Shown here piece after piece: positions 23,853 through 33,246 of a DNA stretch of 64,000 nucleotides. Positions within the stretch are counted from its first letter, which is position 1. Every line of letters starts with the position of its first letter. Source of the stretch: Candidatus Thorarchaeota archaeon (lineage in GTDB: Archaea; Asgardarchaeota; Thorarchaeia; Thorarchaeales; Thorarchaeaceae). A program made the position numbers and the translations under genes. The notes under the pieces were generated by a model. It saw only the letters and a program-made list of their open reading frames with translations. It made no database searches and had not been told where the DNA came from. The stretch lies in contig JAGSHN010000025.1 in the NCBI GenBank assembly GCA_029855935.1, positions 147,135-211,134 on the forward strand, in the 5' to 3' direction.

Positions 23853-26800
23853 TTGAGCGTGATCGTGAGGTCAATCAGACTCAGGAACTTCATGCCCTTC
23901 GTGGACGAGACAGTCCCGCTCGACCGCGGACTGACAGTCATTGTGGGGAGGAACGGCGCTGGCAAGAGTGCGATACTGCACGGACTGAAGTTCTGCCTGG
24001 GCTCAAACCAGCGAGAGAAACGATTTGGTAGCTGGGAGGGCTTCATCAGATGGGGCGCGGAAGTTGCAGAAGTTGAAGTGACGGTTGAGCATCAGGGTGA
24101 GACGATCGTCTTCGCGCGCAGGATTGGCAAGAAGGGAGTCCCACTGGCCTACATTAACGGCCGAAGGGTCCGTGCATCGGAGCTGCGGCGCGAGGTCGAG
24201 CGCCTCGGTTTCAAGGTTGACAACCCTCTTGTCTTCCTCCCACAGGAACGTGTCATTCAGCTGAGCAGTGCATCAGCAACCGACATCAGAGAGATGGTCG
24301 AGGATGGTACGGGACTCTACAGACTGAGGGACCGGATCCTCCTTCAGGAGACAGAACTGCGTCACGACAGGATGAGATTGGAGGCCGCGCTTCTGGAGGC
24401 CCGCTCCATTCAGGGAGAATTGAAGCTTCTCGAGGGCGACCTCAAGCGCCTGAAGAAGAAGCAGGATCTGCAGAGGACCAGAGAGAGCCTTGAGATCGAG
24501 TTGAAGTGGGCCGAACTCGAACTTGTGGAGAGGAACATCGAGAGAATCGACCAGGAGATTCAGGAAGAGGAGGTCAGCCTAAGACAGGCCAGTGCAAAAG
24601 TCGAGGAGATTGAGAACAAGATAGAGAGTGAGACCCAGACGGCCAAGGCGATCGAGTCGCAGACGCAGCTAATAAGGACCGAACTCGGCCGACTGAGAGA
24701 GCGGCTGGATTCGGAACGAGACCGGTTGAAAAACCTGAAGGAGAGCAACAAGCAGGCTGTGATAGAGCTCGGGGAGATTGACAAGCGCATCAAGAGAGAC
24801 AGAATGGAGATGATGGCGCTACAGAGTGACATCGAGGCGAAGAAGAAGGAGATATGGAACACCACGGAGGAACTCGAGGAACTCAGGGAGAAGGAACAGG
24901 CGGCGAGAGAGGAACAGGAGAGACTTGAGGAGGCGCTAACACGCTACGTCGAGTGGAACACGCGTAGGATGGACATTCGGAGTAGACTGACAGCCGCACG
25001 AGGTCGGCTGAAGGACAGAGAGATAGATCTGAGAGCCTATCGCCAGAGGCTTCAGACAGACAGAGCCGATCTTGAGGAGATTGAGAGACAGTGGAGTGAT
25101 CTGTGGGAGACGCTCGAGACCACAAGCGAAGAGGAACTACTATCTCAAAGGACCGAGACCAACAATAGGATTGAAGAGCTGGCACAGAGGAGGGTGGCAC
25201 ATCTCAGCCGTATCGCTGAGCTGAAGAGGGAACTCGCGTTCACTGAAGAGTTGATAGCAGAGAGGTCAAAACGGATACCGAAGACTGTTCGTGCCCTCAG
25301 GTCTGAGGTAGAGAAGCACGGACTAGAGGCCATCGGTCCTCTCGTAGAGGTCGTGGGCGAGAACGAGGAGATGGCGGGCGCACTGGAGGCTGTACTGCGT
25401 GACCAGCTGGCCTTCGCATTCATAACGACAGACGCTGCGGACTTCCAGCTACTCTGTAGAATACGGGACGAACTTGAGGCGCCTGCACCAGTATTCCTAG
25501 TCGAAGATTCAACAGACGAGCGTGCCAAGGGGGCCCCCGAGATAGGAGGGAGGGAGGGGGTCCTTGGTGATCTGTGGCGGATGGCCGGGGTGACAGAGGA
25601 GCTTGCCCGCCTGCTGCGCAGGAGCATCGGATCGTTCTTGGTAGTCTCTGACGCAGGAGATGCAATGCGCATCGCCCGCACAGCAAGGGTAGCCACCGTC
25701 ACACCTCAAGGCCACGTCTTCATCGTTGGGAATGGTTTCGTCTTGAGCAGGCCCCAGAGTGGGCAGGCTGGACTCCTCTCGACAGCGCCTCTTCGAGCCA
25801 AGAGAGAGGTGCTGAGAAAGCAACTCATCGAAAGCGAACAACAGCTCGCGGAAACAGTCAGAGAGATTGCGAATCTGGAGCGACTGCGCGACGAGCTGAC
25901 CCAGCTTCTCGAGCGCTACGCGGAAAAGGACAGGATATGGGCCAGACGGAGCGAACTCGCAGAGGATATCGAGCGGACCGAGGAGGCCATCCGCAAGATC
26001 GAGGAGGAGATTCTCCCTCTGAGGGAGGAGATTGAAGAACTCGTGTCCGAGCTGAGGAAGATGGATAGCAAGCAGCCTCCTGAGAGGAGCCGGATTCAGG
26101 GCCAGCTCGTTGCCGTGCGTCAGCAGATCGCCAAGCTCGCCTCCGACATCTCCGCACGCAGGGGCCAGGTGGAGCGTGCAAGAGCTATCTTGAGGGCAGA
26201 TCAGGACAAGGTCGGTACACTGGAAGAGAGCATTGCTGCACTGCAGCAGCATCGTGATGAGCTGAAGGAGATTCTCAGGCTGGCTGCCGAACAGTCCGAC
26301 GAGATACTTGAGAACATAGAGGGCCTTGAGAGACGTATAGAGGAACTCTCTTCGAAGGAGGAGTCCCTGTCGCAGGAGCTGAGCGAACACCAGACAAAGC
26401 TGTACGCTCTGAACAGGGAGCTCGCGGAACACAACGTCCGTAGTCAGGACCTCATCAGAGAGGTGCGGCGCAAACGGCTACAACTGGGAAATCTTGAGAC
26501 TCGCAGGAAGGAGATACAGAGTCAGGTCGCCTCAATCGCACGACCAGCCCGGGTGAGACCCCTTGCAGATGTCACCCGCGAGCTGGAGAGCGTGACCTCG
26601 CGGTTGGACGAGTACAGGGATGTGGATGATGACCTTCTTCGCGTCAGGTCCGAGCTTGCCCAGCGACTGGCGGAGGTCGAGGCCAAGGCCGACCAGATAC
26701 GTGACGAGATGTCAGAGGCTGAGAGCACGCTGGAGGACATCAAGGCGCAGTACTACAGTGAGATGGCAAAGGTGCTGGAGCGTCTCGGCAGAGACATCAA

Positions 26801-27290
26801 CACTATTCTGAGGACTGTCGAGCTGGAAGGGGAGGTACGTCTGGAGATGGTCAAACAGGACGAGGAGTACGGGGTCGAGTTCCTGACGAGAATCAAGGAT
26901 GGTACGTTCAAGGGCGTGAGACCGGGATCCGGCGGAGAGCGCACCCTGATAACAATTGCACTGATCATCGCGCTACAGCAGCTGAATCCAGCCCCGATAT
27001 ACTTCCTCGATGAGGCGGACATGGCATTGGATGCTGTCTATGCGGACCGCGTCGGCCGACTGTTCAAGGCGGCTGCGGCCGACAAGCAGATTGTCATTCT
27101 GACACCGCTCCGGAGCGTCAAACTTCTCAAGCACGCAGACACTCTTCTGGGAGTTGCAACACCTGACGGTCGCACCCCAGTCATCATAGAGGCCCCAGAG
27201 GAGGACAAGAACGAAGAACAGAACGAGAGGAAAGAGGGAGATGCCAAGAGGGAGGGAGGCGACGATGACGATGGGAGGCAAGAGGAATGA
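23853..27290 (+). CDS. smc: SMC protein, Smc5/6-like
   Basis: GRNGAGKS, DNPLVFLPQERV Q-loop, two long coiled coils around a central hinge (AIGPL...ALEAVL), SGGER, FLDEAD and QIVILTP. Confidence 0.93.
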   Translation: MSVIVRSIRLRNFMPFVDETVPLDRGLTVIVGRNGAGKSAILHGLKFCLGSNQREKRFGSWEGFIRWGAEVAEVEVTVEHQGETIVFARRIGKKGVPLAYINGRRVRASELRREVERLGFKVDNPLVFLPQERVIQLSSASATDIREMVEDGTGLYRLRDRILLQETELRHDRMRLEAALLEARSIQGELKLLEGDLKRLKKKQDLQRTRESLEIELKWAELELVERNIERIDQEIQEEEVSLRQASAKVEEIENKIESETQTAKAIESQTQLIRTELGRLRERLDSERDRLKNLKESNKQAVIELGEIDKRIKRDRMEMMALQSDIEAKKKEIWNTTEELEELREKEQAAREEQERLEEALTRYVEWNTRRMDIRSRLTAARGRLKDREIDLRAYRQRLQTDRADLEEIERQWSDLWETLETTSEEELLSQRTETNNRIEELAQRRVAHLSRIAELKRELAFTEELIAERSKRIPKTVRALRSEVEKHGLEAIGPLVEVVGENEEMAGALEAVLRDQLAFAFITTDAADFQLLCRIRDELEAPAPVFLVEDSTDERAKGAPEIGGREGVLGDLWRMAGVTEELARLLRRSIGSFLVVSDAGDAMRIARTARVATVTPQGHVFIVGNGFVLSRPQSGQAGLLSTAPLRAKREVLRKQLIESEQQLAETVREIANLERLRDELTQLLERYAEKDRIWARRSELAEDIERTEEAIRKIEEEILPLREEIEELVSELRKMDSKQPPERSRIQGQLVAVRQQIAKLASDISARRGQVERARAILRADQDKVGTLEESIAALQQHRDELKEILRLAAEQSDEILENIEGLERRIEELSSKEESLSQELSEHQTKLYALNRELAEHNVRSQDLIREVRRKRLQLGNLETRRKEIQSQVASIARPARVRPLADVTRELESVTSRLDEYRDVDDDLLRVRSELAQRLAEVEAKADQIRDEMSEAESTLEDIKAQYYSEMAKVLERLGRDINTILRTVELEGEVRLEMVKQDEEYGVEFLTRIKDGTFKGVRPGSGGERTLITIALIIALQQLNPAPIYFLDEADMALDAVYADRVGRLFKAAAADKQIVILTPLRSVKLLKHADTLLGVATPDGRTPVIIEAPEEDKNEEQNERKEGDAKREGGDDDDGRQEE

Positions 27291-28003
27291 TCAGGGACGC
27301 ACTCAGGAGTAGGGTGAGACGCCTTGCCCGGAGTGTCGAGTCCGGAGAGGTCGACCCCCTCGAAGTTGAACTCGCGAGATTGTACAGAGAGCTGCAGGAA
27401 CTCTCGCAACAACTCCCAGTGAAGATGGAGATCGATGAGGCACTGAACGAACTCCTCAGTGCAAAGGTGGGTCGGGTGCAGGAACTGGCACGCGCCGTGG
27501 TGGACCCAGAACTGCTGGTAGACCGTGTGGCACACATGTCAGCCAGAGAGCTTGCCCGCCTCTTGAGGCTGAAGCGACCTCTGTTGGTCCCGGGGCTGTC
27601 GCATCAGCATATGCATCAGGCAGCGGAACGACTCAGACTTAGAGAACCGAGGAGGCAGTGGGACTTTGGGCGGGTCGAGCCAGTCGAACGGCCGACAAGG
27701 ATGGACCTGAGGCTTGAGCCGGAGATCACGGAGGAGGAGGTTGAAGAGTTCCTCACCTCAGTCCCAGTGGGAGAGCCACTACGACTGAGTGACCTCCTGC
27801 GGAGCGAGGACGTGGAGGAGTTCCTGCGTAGGTTCCTGATGGTGGTTCTTCTTGTGGCCAGCGGCGACCTTCAGTACGACGCGACCGCCAGAACCCTGAC
27901 CCGAGTAGAGAGGAGTCCGGACAGTACTTCTTCGCGTGAGCAACAACAGGTCGCTGGCCAGCCAGCGGACCGAGGGAGGAGATGGAGGAGGCGGTCCCGA
28001 TGA
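27287..28003 (+). CDS. scpA: Kleisin (ScpA/Nse4-like)
   Basis: N-terminal GEVDPLEVELARL (ScpA-type DP motif); C-terminal winged-helix FLMVVLLVASGDL; ATGA overlap with smc. Confidence 0.75.
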   Translation: MIRDALRSRVRRLARSVESGEVDPLEVELARLYRELQELSQQLPVKMEIDEALNELLSAKVGRVQELARAVVDPELLVDRVAHMSARELARLLRLKRPLLVPGLSHQHMHQAAERLRLREPRRQWDFGRVEPVERPTRMDLRLEPEITEEEVEEFLTSVPVGEPLRLSDLLRSEDVEEFLRRFLMVVLLVASGDLQYDATARTLTRVERSPDSTSSREQQQVAGQPADRGRRWRRRSR

Positions 28004-28521
28004 ACAACGAGTTCTCTGTCTTGATGAGCGCACTGACGAGGCCCGGAAACCCCCCGGGGGCAAATATCTCAGACCTGATCGAGGTGCTTGGCTATCCAGT
28101 CGACCCGGGACGGACAATCGTATTCAGGCTGCTCGCCGGGCTGGATCGCATCCTGCATCAGGTGGGCCTGAGGATAGCGTTCAATCCGGTCGAAGATGTC
28201 TTCTTCATCGATGTCACTGCAAGGGGCAAGGAGGACAGGACAAGACTCCCCGACCGCCTTGCGGCTACACTGCTTGCCGTGATAGCACTGTCCTATCGGG
28301 AGCGCGACTGGGTCCAGGTGAGCCAAGTCAGACGCGTCCGCAGAAAGACGATGAGATCGGTCCGTGCGGACCTCCGTGAACTCCAGGTCCTCGGGTACGT
28401 AGAGTTCAGTGACGACGGGACCCGCGTCAGACCGGGTATTCGTGTGTCCTTCGAGGTCGACCACGATGAGTTCTTCCGTGCGCTGAGCAAGGGAAAGTAC
28501 GGCGCGAGCAGTGACGAATAG
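28000..28521 (+). CDS. KITE tandem winged-helix protein (ScpB/Nse1-Nse3-like)
   Basis: Two wHTH-like halves (ISDLIEVLG...LDRILHQVGLRI; DLRELQVLGYVE...RPGIR); ATGA overlap with the kleisin; GGAGGAG RBS. Confidence 0.7.
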   Translation: MNNEFSVLMSALTRPGNPPGANISDLIEVLGYPVDPGRTIVFRLLAGLDRILHQVGLRIAFNPVEDVFFIDVTARGKEDRTRLPDRLAATLLAVIALSYRERDWVQVSQVRRVRRKTMRSVRADLRELQVLGYVEFSDDGTRVRPGIRVSFEVDHDEFFRALSKGKYGASSDE

Positions 28522-28599
28522 GTCCCCAGGACGACAAGGAGAACAACTGTTTCAATATGTTTATCTTGTGTGGGAGGGCGGGATGCACGGTCCTGAATC

Positions 28600-28959
28600 A
28601 TGTCGCACAGGAAAGCATTGAGATTCGCAAAGACTGTCTGTCCCATCTGCGGTAGCAAAGAGGTTGCCCGTGATGACCTGAAGGGCGACCTTCTGTGCAC
28701 GAACTGTGGCCACATAATCACAAGACATGAGACCCGGGCCGTTGGAAAGTTCGAGATCGCGCAGCATCTGAAACGCGAGGGCAAGCTCACGTTCGAGCAG
28801 CTCAAAGAGATCACAAAGTCATCGGACGACCGACTGTTTGGCGTGCTGCAGAGCATGCTCAGCATGGGGCTCATTGACGAACTGGGTGGCAAGTATCACC
28901 TGACCAAGCGTGGTCAGCGCTGGTACCGCCAGAGACTGGGACAAGAATGGGGATATTGA
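28600..28959 (+). CDS. TFIIB-type Zn-ribbon plus winged-helix protein
   Basis: CPICGSKEVARDDLKGDLLCTNCGHII followed by LTFEQL...GLIDELGGKYHLTKRG. Confidence 0.75.
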   Translation: MSHRKALRFAKTVCPICGSKEVARDDLKGDLLCTNCGHIITRHETRAVGKFEIAQHLKREGKLTFEQLKEITKSSDDRLFGVLQSMLSMGLIDELGGKYHLTKRGQRWYRQRLGQEWGY

Positions 28960-29162
28960 GATCACGGCGGTGACCTGCTGCCTGCTCACCGGGCAGAGGA
29001 CACTCCCTCTGACAAGATGGCGGCGTGGCTCTACCGTCACACACACTCCCACGGTGTTCTGACCGCCAATCGTTTTGCGGCGAACCTCGTCCAAGACTGA
29101 GCACGGCTGCCGAATTTCTGCAGTAAGCCCAATGTTTATTTGAAAAATCGCCGGAATGAGTG

Positions 29163-29264
29163 TGCGGTCCGAGTAAGAATACACATCTCCTCATGGAGAA
29201 CAATCTCCCCCCACCCCTCCTAACCACGCGAATACAACCTACTTCTTTTCTCACTCGGACCGTA
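29163..29264. repeat. 17-bp imperfect inverted repeat enclosing 68 bp
   Basis: TGCGGTCCGAGTAAGAA (29163-29179) versus TTCTCACTCGGACCGTA (29248-29264); 15 of 17 positions complementary. Confidence 0.7.
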
Positions 29265-29316
29265 ACCCTCTCTCGCTCTGCCACTACAAGGCCATTCATA
29301 TTGAGCCGACAAGAGG

Positions 29317-29748
29317 ATGGCTCTTGTTCCGGAGGACAACATTTTGAGCACGAGCAGCAAGGAACCCGGACGCATAGAATGGGAGAAAGATGTCGTCAGC
29401 GATATGATCAACCTGTACTGCAGAAAGAGACACAATACCCCCAAGGGTGAGCTCTGCAGGGAATGCGCCGACCTCCTCTCGTACTCCCTAGAACGACTTG
29501 ACCGATGCAGATACGGTGAGGAGAAACCAACGTGCAAGAACTGTCCTACTCACTGCTACCGTCCGGTGGAGCGCGAGAGAATCAGGGCAGTGATGAGATT
29601 CAGTGGTCTGCGGTTGTTCCTCAGGGCTCCGGTAAAATGGATGGTCCACGCTTTTCACGATAGAGTAAGACTGAGAGCAATCGAACAGAGAAAAATAGAG
29701 GGAGAGGCGGGTGGCCAAGAGGACCACCCATCCTCTGGGTCTAGCTGA
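29317..29748 (+). CDS. YgbA / nitrous-oxide-stimulated-promoter family protein
   Basis: MINLYC...H, LCxxC, RLDRC, KPTCKNCPTHCY and VMRFSG motifs. Confidence 0.85.
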   Translation: MALVPEDNILSTSSKEPGRIEWEKDVVSDMINLYCRKRHNTPKGELCRECADLLSYSLERLDRCRYGEEKPTCKNCPTHCYRPVERERIRAVMRFSGLRLFLRAPVKWMVHAFHDRVRLRAIEQRKIEGEAGGQEDHPSSGSS

Positions 29749-32074
29749 CCGTGACCTGTGCTACCTCTTCTTCAACTGGCGCAGTGAAGTCCGCAGGTTT
29801 GCGGCTCTTGGCAATCGCCCACGCCGTCACCAGCATCAGGACCAGCGCCGCGCCGAGGAGAGCAATGTCAGTCTGCAGACTCTGCCCGAACTGGTACTGT
29901 ACCAGCACGGGTGCAGCTATGAGCGAGATCAGGTTGATGACCTTGATCATCGGGTTCAGAGCAGGTCCAGCAGTGTCCTTCAGCGGGTCGCCGACAGTAT
30001 CACCGACAACACTTGACTTGTGACGCTCAGAGCCCTTGCCAGTGTTAGCGGCAGGATTGCTCTCTTCGTCCTCAATGGACTTCTTAGCATTGTCCCAAGC
30101 CCCACCAGTGTTGGCCATAAAGACAGCAAGAAGTTGGCCAGACAGAATCGCTCCCGCGAGGAAGCCTCCAAGAGCCTCCACGTTGAGCAGAATACCGACC
30201 ACAAGCGGGATGGATATCGTCATCACGGCCAGGCTGACAAGCTCCTTCTGTGCGGCGGCAGTGGAGATTCCGACCGCACGTCCATAGTCGGGCTTTGTCG
30301 TGCCCTCAAGCACACCAGGAATTCTGAACTGGCGTCTGACCTCCTGGACCATCTGACCCGCAGCACGTGACACAGCTTTGATGTTCAGCGCTGCGAACAG
30401 CCACGGAACAGCGCCACCGACAAGCAGGCCAGTGAACACGAGTGGCTCATTGAGCCTGAGAAAAGCGTACCCGGTGATGTTGACGAGATTCGTGTCCACA
30501 GTGTAGCTGTAGAAGAGGCTCACCGCAGCAATCACAGCCGAGGCAATCGCGACACCCTTAGTGATAGCCTTGGTGGTGTTGCCAACAGCATCGAGGTCGG
30601 CCATTATCTGCCGGGCTTCCTTGTCAAAGTCGCCTGGAGAGAGTTCACCGATGCCATTTGCGTTGTCGCTGATGGGACCGTAGGAGTCCATCGCGACATT
30701 GTTGCCAGTGTGAGAGAGCATTCCAATACCGACCAGCGAGATGGCATAGAGGACGTACAGAGCGCCATCAGCAGCATAGAGTGCTGTTGCTATGACAAAG
30801 CTGGTCACGATTGCCATCAGGGCGGCCACCGTGGACTCGTACCCAGAGGCCAAGCCCTGAAGGATGACTGTGGCCGTGCCAGTGTCGGATGCCTTGACAA
30901 TCTCCTGCACTGGAGCCTTGTACGGAGAGGTGAAGTAGCTCGTTATCGGGTTGAACGACACAGCGAGCATCACACCTGTCGCAATCAGAGCTCCGAGCCG
31001 CCAGTCACCAGCATACACCATACTGATGACGAAGGCGGACAGGATTGTGATTGCACTCGATACCTCGTACGACATGAACATTGCGTGCTCAGCGTCGTCC
31101 GTCTTCCAGACCGCGACCATGAAGGTCCCGACCATCGAGGAGATCACACCAATGGCACGAATCACCAGCGGGAAGACAATCCAGAACATCGGGGCGCCGC
31201 CAGCGAGTCCGCCCATAGCGTGGTAGATGGCCAGACCCAGAATCAGAGAGGAAACAATAGTTACCTCGTAACTCTCGAATATGTCGGCGGCCATTCCGGC
31301 ACAGTCGCCAACGTTGTCTCCGACGAGATCCGCTATGACGGCCGCGTTTCGGGGGTCGTCCTCTGGGAGGCCCTGCTCGACCTTACCGACAAGGTCGGCA
31401 CCCACATCAGCAGCCTTTGTGTAGATGCCTCCGCCGACTCTCATGAACAGAGCGAGGAGCGTGCCACCGAGGCCGAAGCCCAGGAGCGCATCAGGCGCTG
31501 CAAGGCCAAAGAAGATGAAGATGGACGTACCACCTAGAAGGCCAAGACCATCAGTGAGCATACCGGTGAAGGTGCCACCATGATACGCAATCTCAAGGGC
31601 ATGATTGAACCGGTTCTCACCCTCGCGAGTCGCCTGAGCCACCCTCACGCTGGACTCAACCGCAATCCTCATTCCAAGCTGGCCGACAATGAGCGAGAAA
31701 CTCGCGCCGAGGATGAATGCGCATGTGCGGCCCACGGCGACAATGAATCGCACATAGTCCGGGTTGTTGCCAAAGACCTCGATTGCCTCCGGAGTCGGCT
31801 GGACTATGTAGACGCTCAGAAAGAGAAAGGCGGTGAGTACAACAAGCGTGGGGACGATTGACCTGAGTTGCTTGTTCAGATATGAGAGAGCACCTTCCTT
31901 GATGGCACCCCACACAGCCTGCATCTGCTCTGTGCCCTTGGGCTTTGCCTTGACGCCCTGCCAAAGCCAGTGTGCGTACACAAGGGAGATTATCGCTGCA
32001 ACGATGACGAAGAGTAGCATTCCCTGTTCCAGCAGTGTGAAGTGATGAAGGAACGTGTCGAATAGTCCTTGCAT
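29741..32074 (-). CDS. hppA: Membrane-bound ion-translocating pyrophosphatase, predicted K+-independent H+-PPase
   Basis: GGGIYTKAADVGADLVGK, EDDPRN, DLVGDNVGD, GNTTKA and GDTVGDPLKDTAGP motifs. Confidence 0.96.
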   Translation of the reverse strand: MQGLFDTFLHHFTLLEQGMLLFVIVAAIISLVYAHWLWQGVKAKPKGTEQMQAVWGAIKEGALSYLNKQLRSIVPTLVVLTAFLFLSVYIVQPTPEAIEVFGNNPDYVRFIVAVGRTCAFILGASFSLIVGQLGMRIAVESSVRVAQATREGENRFNHALEIAYHGGTFTGMLTDGLGLLGGTSIFIFFGLAAPDALLGFGLGGTLLALFMRVGGGIYTKAADVGADLVGKVEQGLPEDDPRNAAVIADLVGDNVGDCAGMAADIFESYEVTIVSSLILGLAIYHAMGGLAGGAPMFWIVFPLVIRAIGVISSMVGTFMVAVWKTDDAEHAMFMSYEVSSAITILSAFVISMVYAGDWRLGALIATGVMLAVSFNPITSYFTSPYKAPVQEIVKASDTGTATVILQGLASGYESTVAALMAIVTSFVIATALYAADGALYVLYAISLVGIGMLSHTGNNVAMDSYGPISDNANGIGELSPGDFDKEARQIMADLDAVGNTTKAITKGVAIASAVIAAVSLFYSYTVDTNLVNITGYAFLRLNEPLVFTGLLVGGAVPWLFAALNIKAVSRAAGQMVQEVRRQFRIPGVLEGTTKPDYGRAVGISTAAAQKELVSLAVMTISIPLVVGILLNVEALGGFLAGAILSGQLLAVFMANTGGAWDNAKKSIEDEESNPAANTGKGSERHKSSVVGDTVGDPLKDTAGPALNPMIKVINLISLIAAPVLVQYQFGQSLQTDIALLGAALVLMLVTAWAIAKSRKPADFTAPVEEEVAQVTVS

Positions 32075-32356
32075 GTTGATATCACCACATCTGGGGGTCA
32101 GGGCCGTGAAACCTACTCCATGCTCTTGTTTCAGGTCCTGAATTCCCCTTTGCACTGTGCTGTCCCGCAAAGACAAGGCCCTTTAAGCATTGCCTAGACA
32201 GCCATCAAGCAACGGGATACGCAATGGGTGCTGGTTGTGAACAGACTGCAGGACTCCCGCCCAGAGCGACAATGACAGACTACGGTCCTGCACCCCGGCC
32301 CGCGAATCTATTGTGCCACTGCGACCTAGAGGAGCCCAGGACGTGAGAAGGAAAGA

Positions 32357-32433
32357 TGGTGGACCGGGCGAGATTTGAACTCGCGACCTTCTGGATGCAA
32401 ACCAGACGATCTACCGGGCTAATCTACCGGCCC
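32357..32433 (-). tRNA. tRNA-Ala(TGC), CCA encoded, no intron
   Basis: GGGCCGG/CCGGTCC acceptor stem with G3:U70; anticodon arm TCTGG-TTTGCAT-CCAGA; T-loop TTCAAAT; ACCA end. Confidence 0.96.
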
Positions 32434-32461
32434 ACGTATTGAGACTGTCTGAGGGGGCGTT

Positions 32462-33067
32462 TTAACCCTTGCGCTCTCGATACTCCCTTCTGGCCATATC
32501 GATCCACGCGGGCGCACCCTTCAACATAGATGCCTCCTCGGATGTGAGTTCCTCATATTTGACCAGCGTCATGTCGTCTGGAAGGATGCCACTCACTCCA
32601 GCGGGGTCCTCAATAACTAGGGTGAACTCAAGCTGACCATCGATTGCCCGGTCAATCATAGCGAGAACCTCCGCCCCCCGTGCCTTCTGCTCAGGCCGCT
32701 GTGCGAAGTTGATTGCGGTCTGAACAACTGGTCGCACTCGTTGCAACACGCCCTCGACATTGGAGATGAACGAGTCGGCCGCGGGGCCCGGCTCGACGTC
32801 GATACCAAACTCCAGCAACCTGATAGTCCCGGAGCTAGACCGTATCACGCGTACTCGGAGCATCGATGGATCTTTGACGCGCAGCGTCCACCGGCTAGGC
32901 TGATGCTGCTCTGTTGAGAAGATGTCATTGTGCCGGAAGCTACAGGAGGGGCACCGCATCGTGAACATTGCTATCTCATTGAAGAAGGGGACAGTGTAGA
33001 GAATCGATTTCACCTCAAGGTCGGCCTTGCCACATATCGGGCATCGTATCTTCATCTCATCACTCAC
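32462..33067 (-). CDS. ZPR1 zinc-finger domain protein
   Basis: CPICG...PFF...CPSC, RSSSG, PGP, SNVEG and DPAG motifs. Confidence 0.92.
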   Translation of the reverse strand: MSDEMKIRCPICGKADLEVKSILYTVPFFNEIAMFTMRCPSCSFRHNDIFSTEQHQPSRWTLRVKDPSMLRVRVIRSSSGTIRLLEFGIDVEPGPAADSFISNVEGVLQRVRPVVQTAINFAQRPEQKARGAEVLAMIDRAIDGQLEFTLVIEDPAGVSGILPDDMTLVKYEELTSEEASMLKGAPAWIDMARREYRERKG

Positions 33068-33246
33068 GTCATACTCCTCCAGTCACGGTTCATGCTCTCG
33101 ACGCGCCCGACGGGACCTCTGCGTCATCGTTCTCTCGCTGATATGGCTCAATGTATCACATCCAAGCAGTACATCCGTGTAACACTCAAAAGGAATTCGA
33201 CAGAGGATACTTGTGGTCAATAGCTGCGGCACTGGAGGCCCGCCTG

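Noticed and set aside
22742-28959. Wadjet/MksBEFG anti-plasmid system
   Set aside because: No Toprim JetD gene; the gene order (SMC, kleisin, KITE) and the small kleisin do not fit jetABCD.
28966-29067. tRNA-Sec or intron-containing tRNA
   Set aside because: No TTCRA T-loop, D-loop consensus or valid anticodon arm on either strand.
32357-32433. tRNA-Ala as an integration site of a mobile element
   Set aside because: No integrase and no duplicated tRNA 3' end were seen; the flanks are housekeeping genes.
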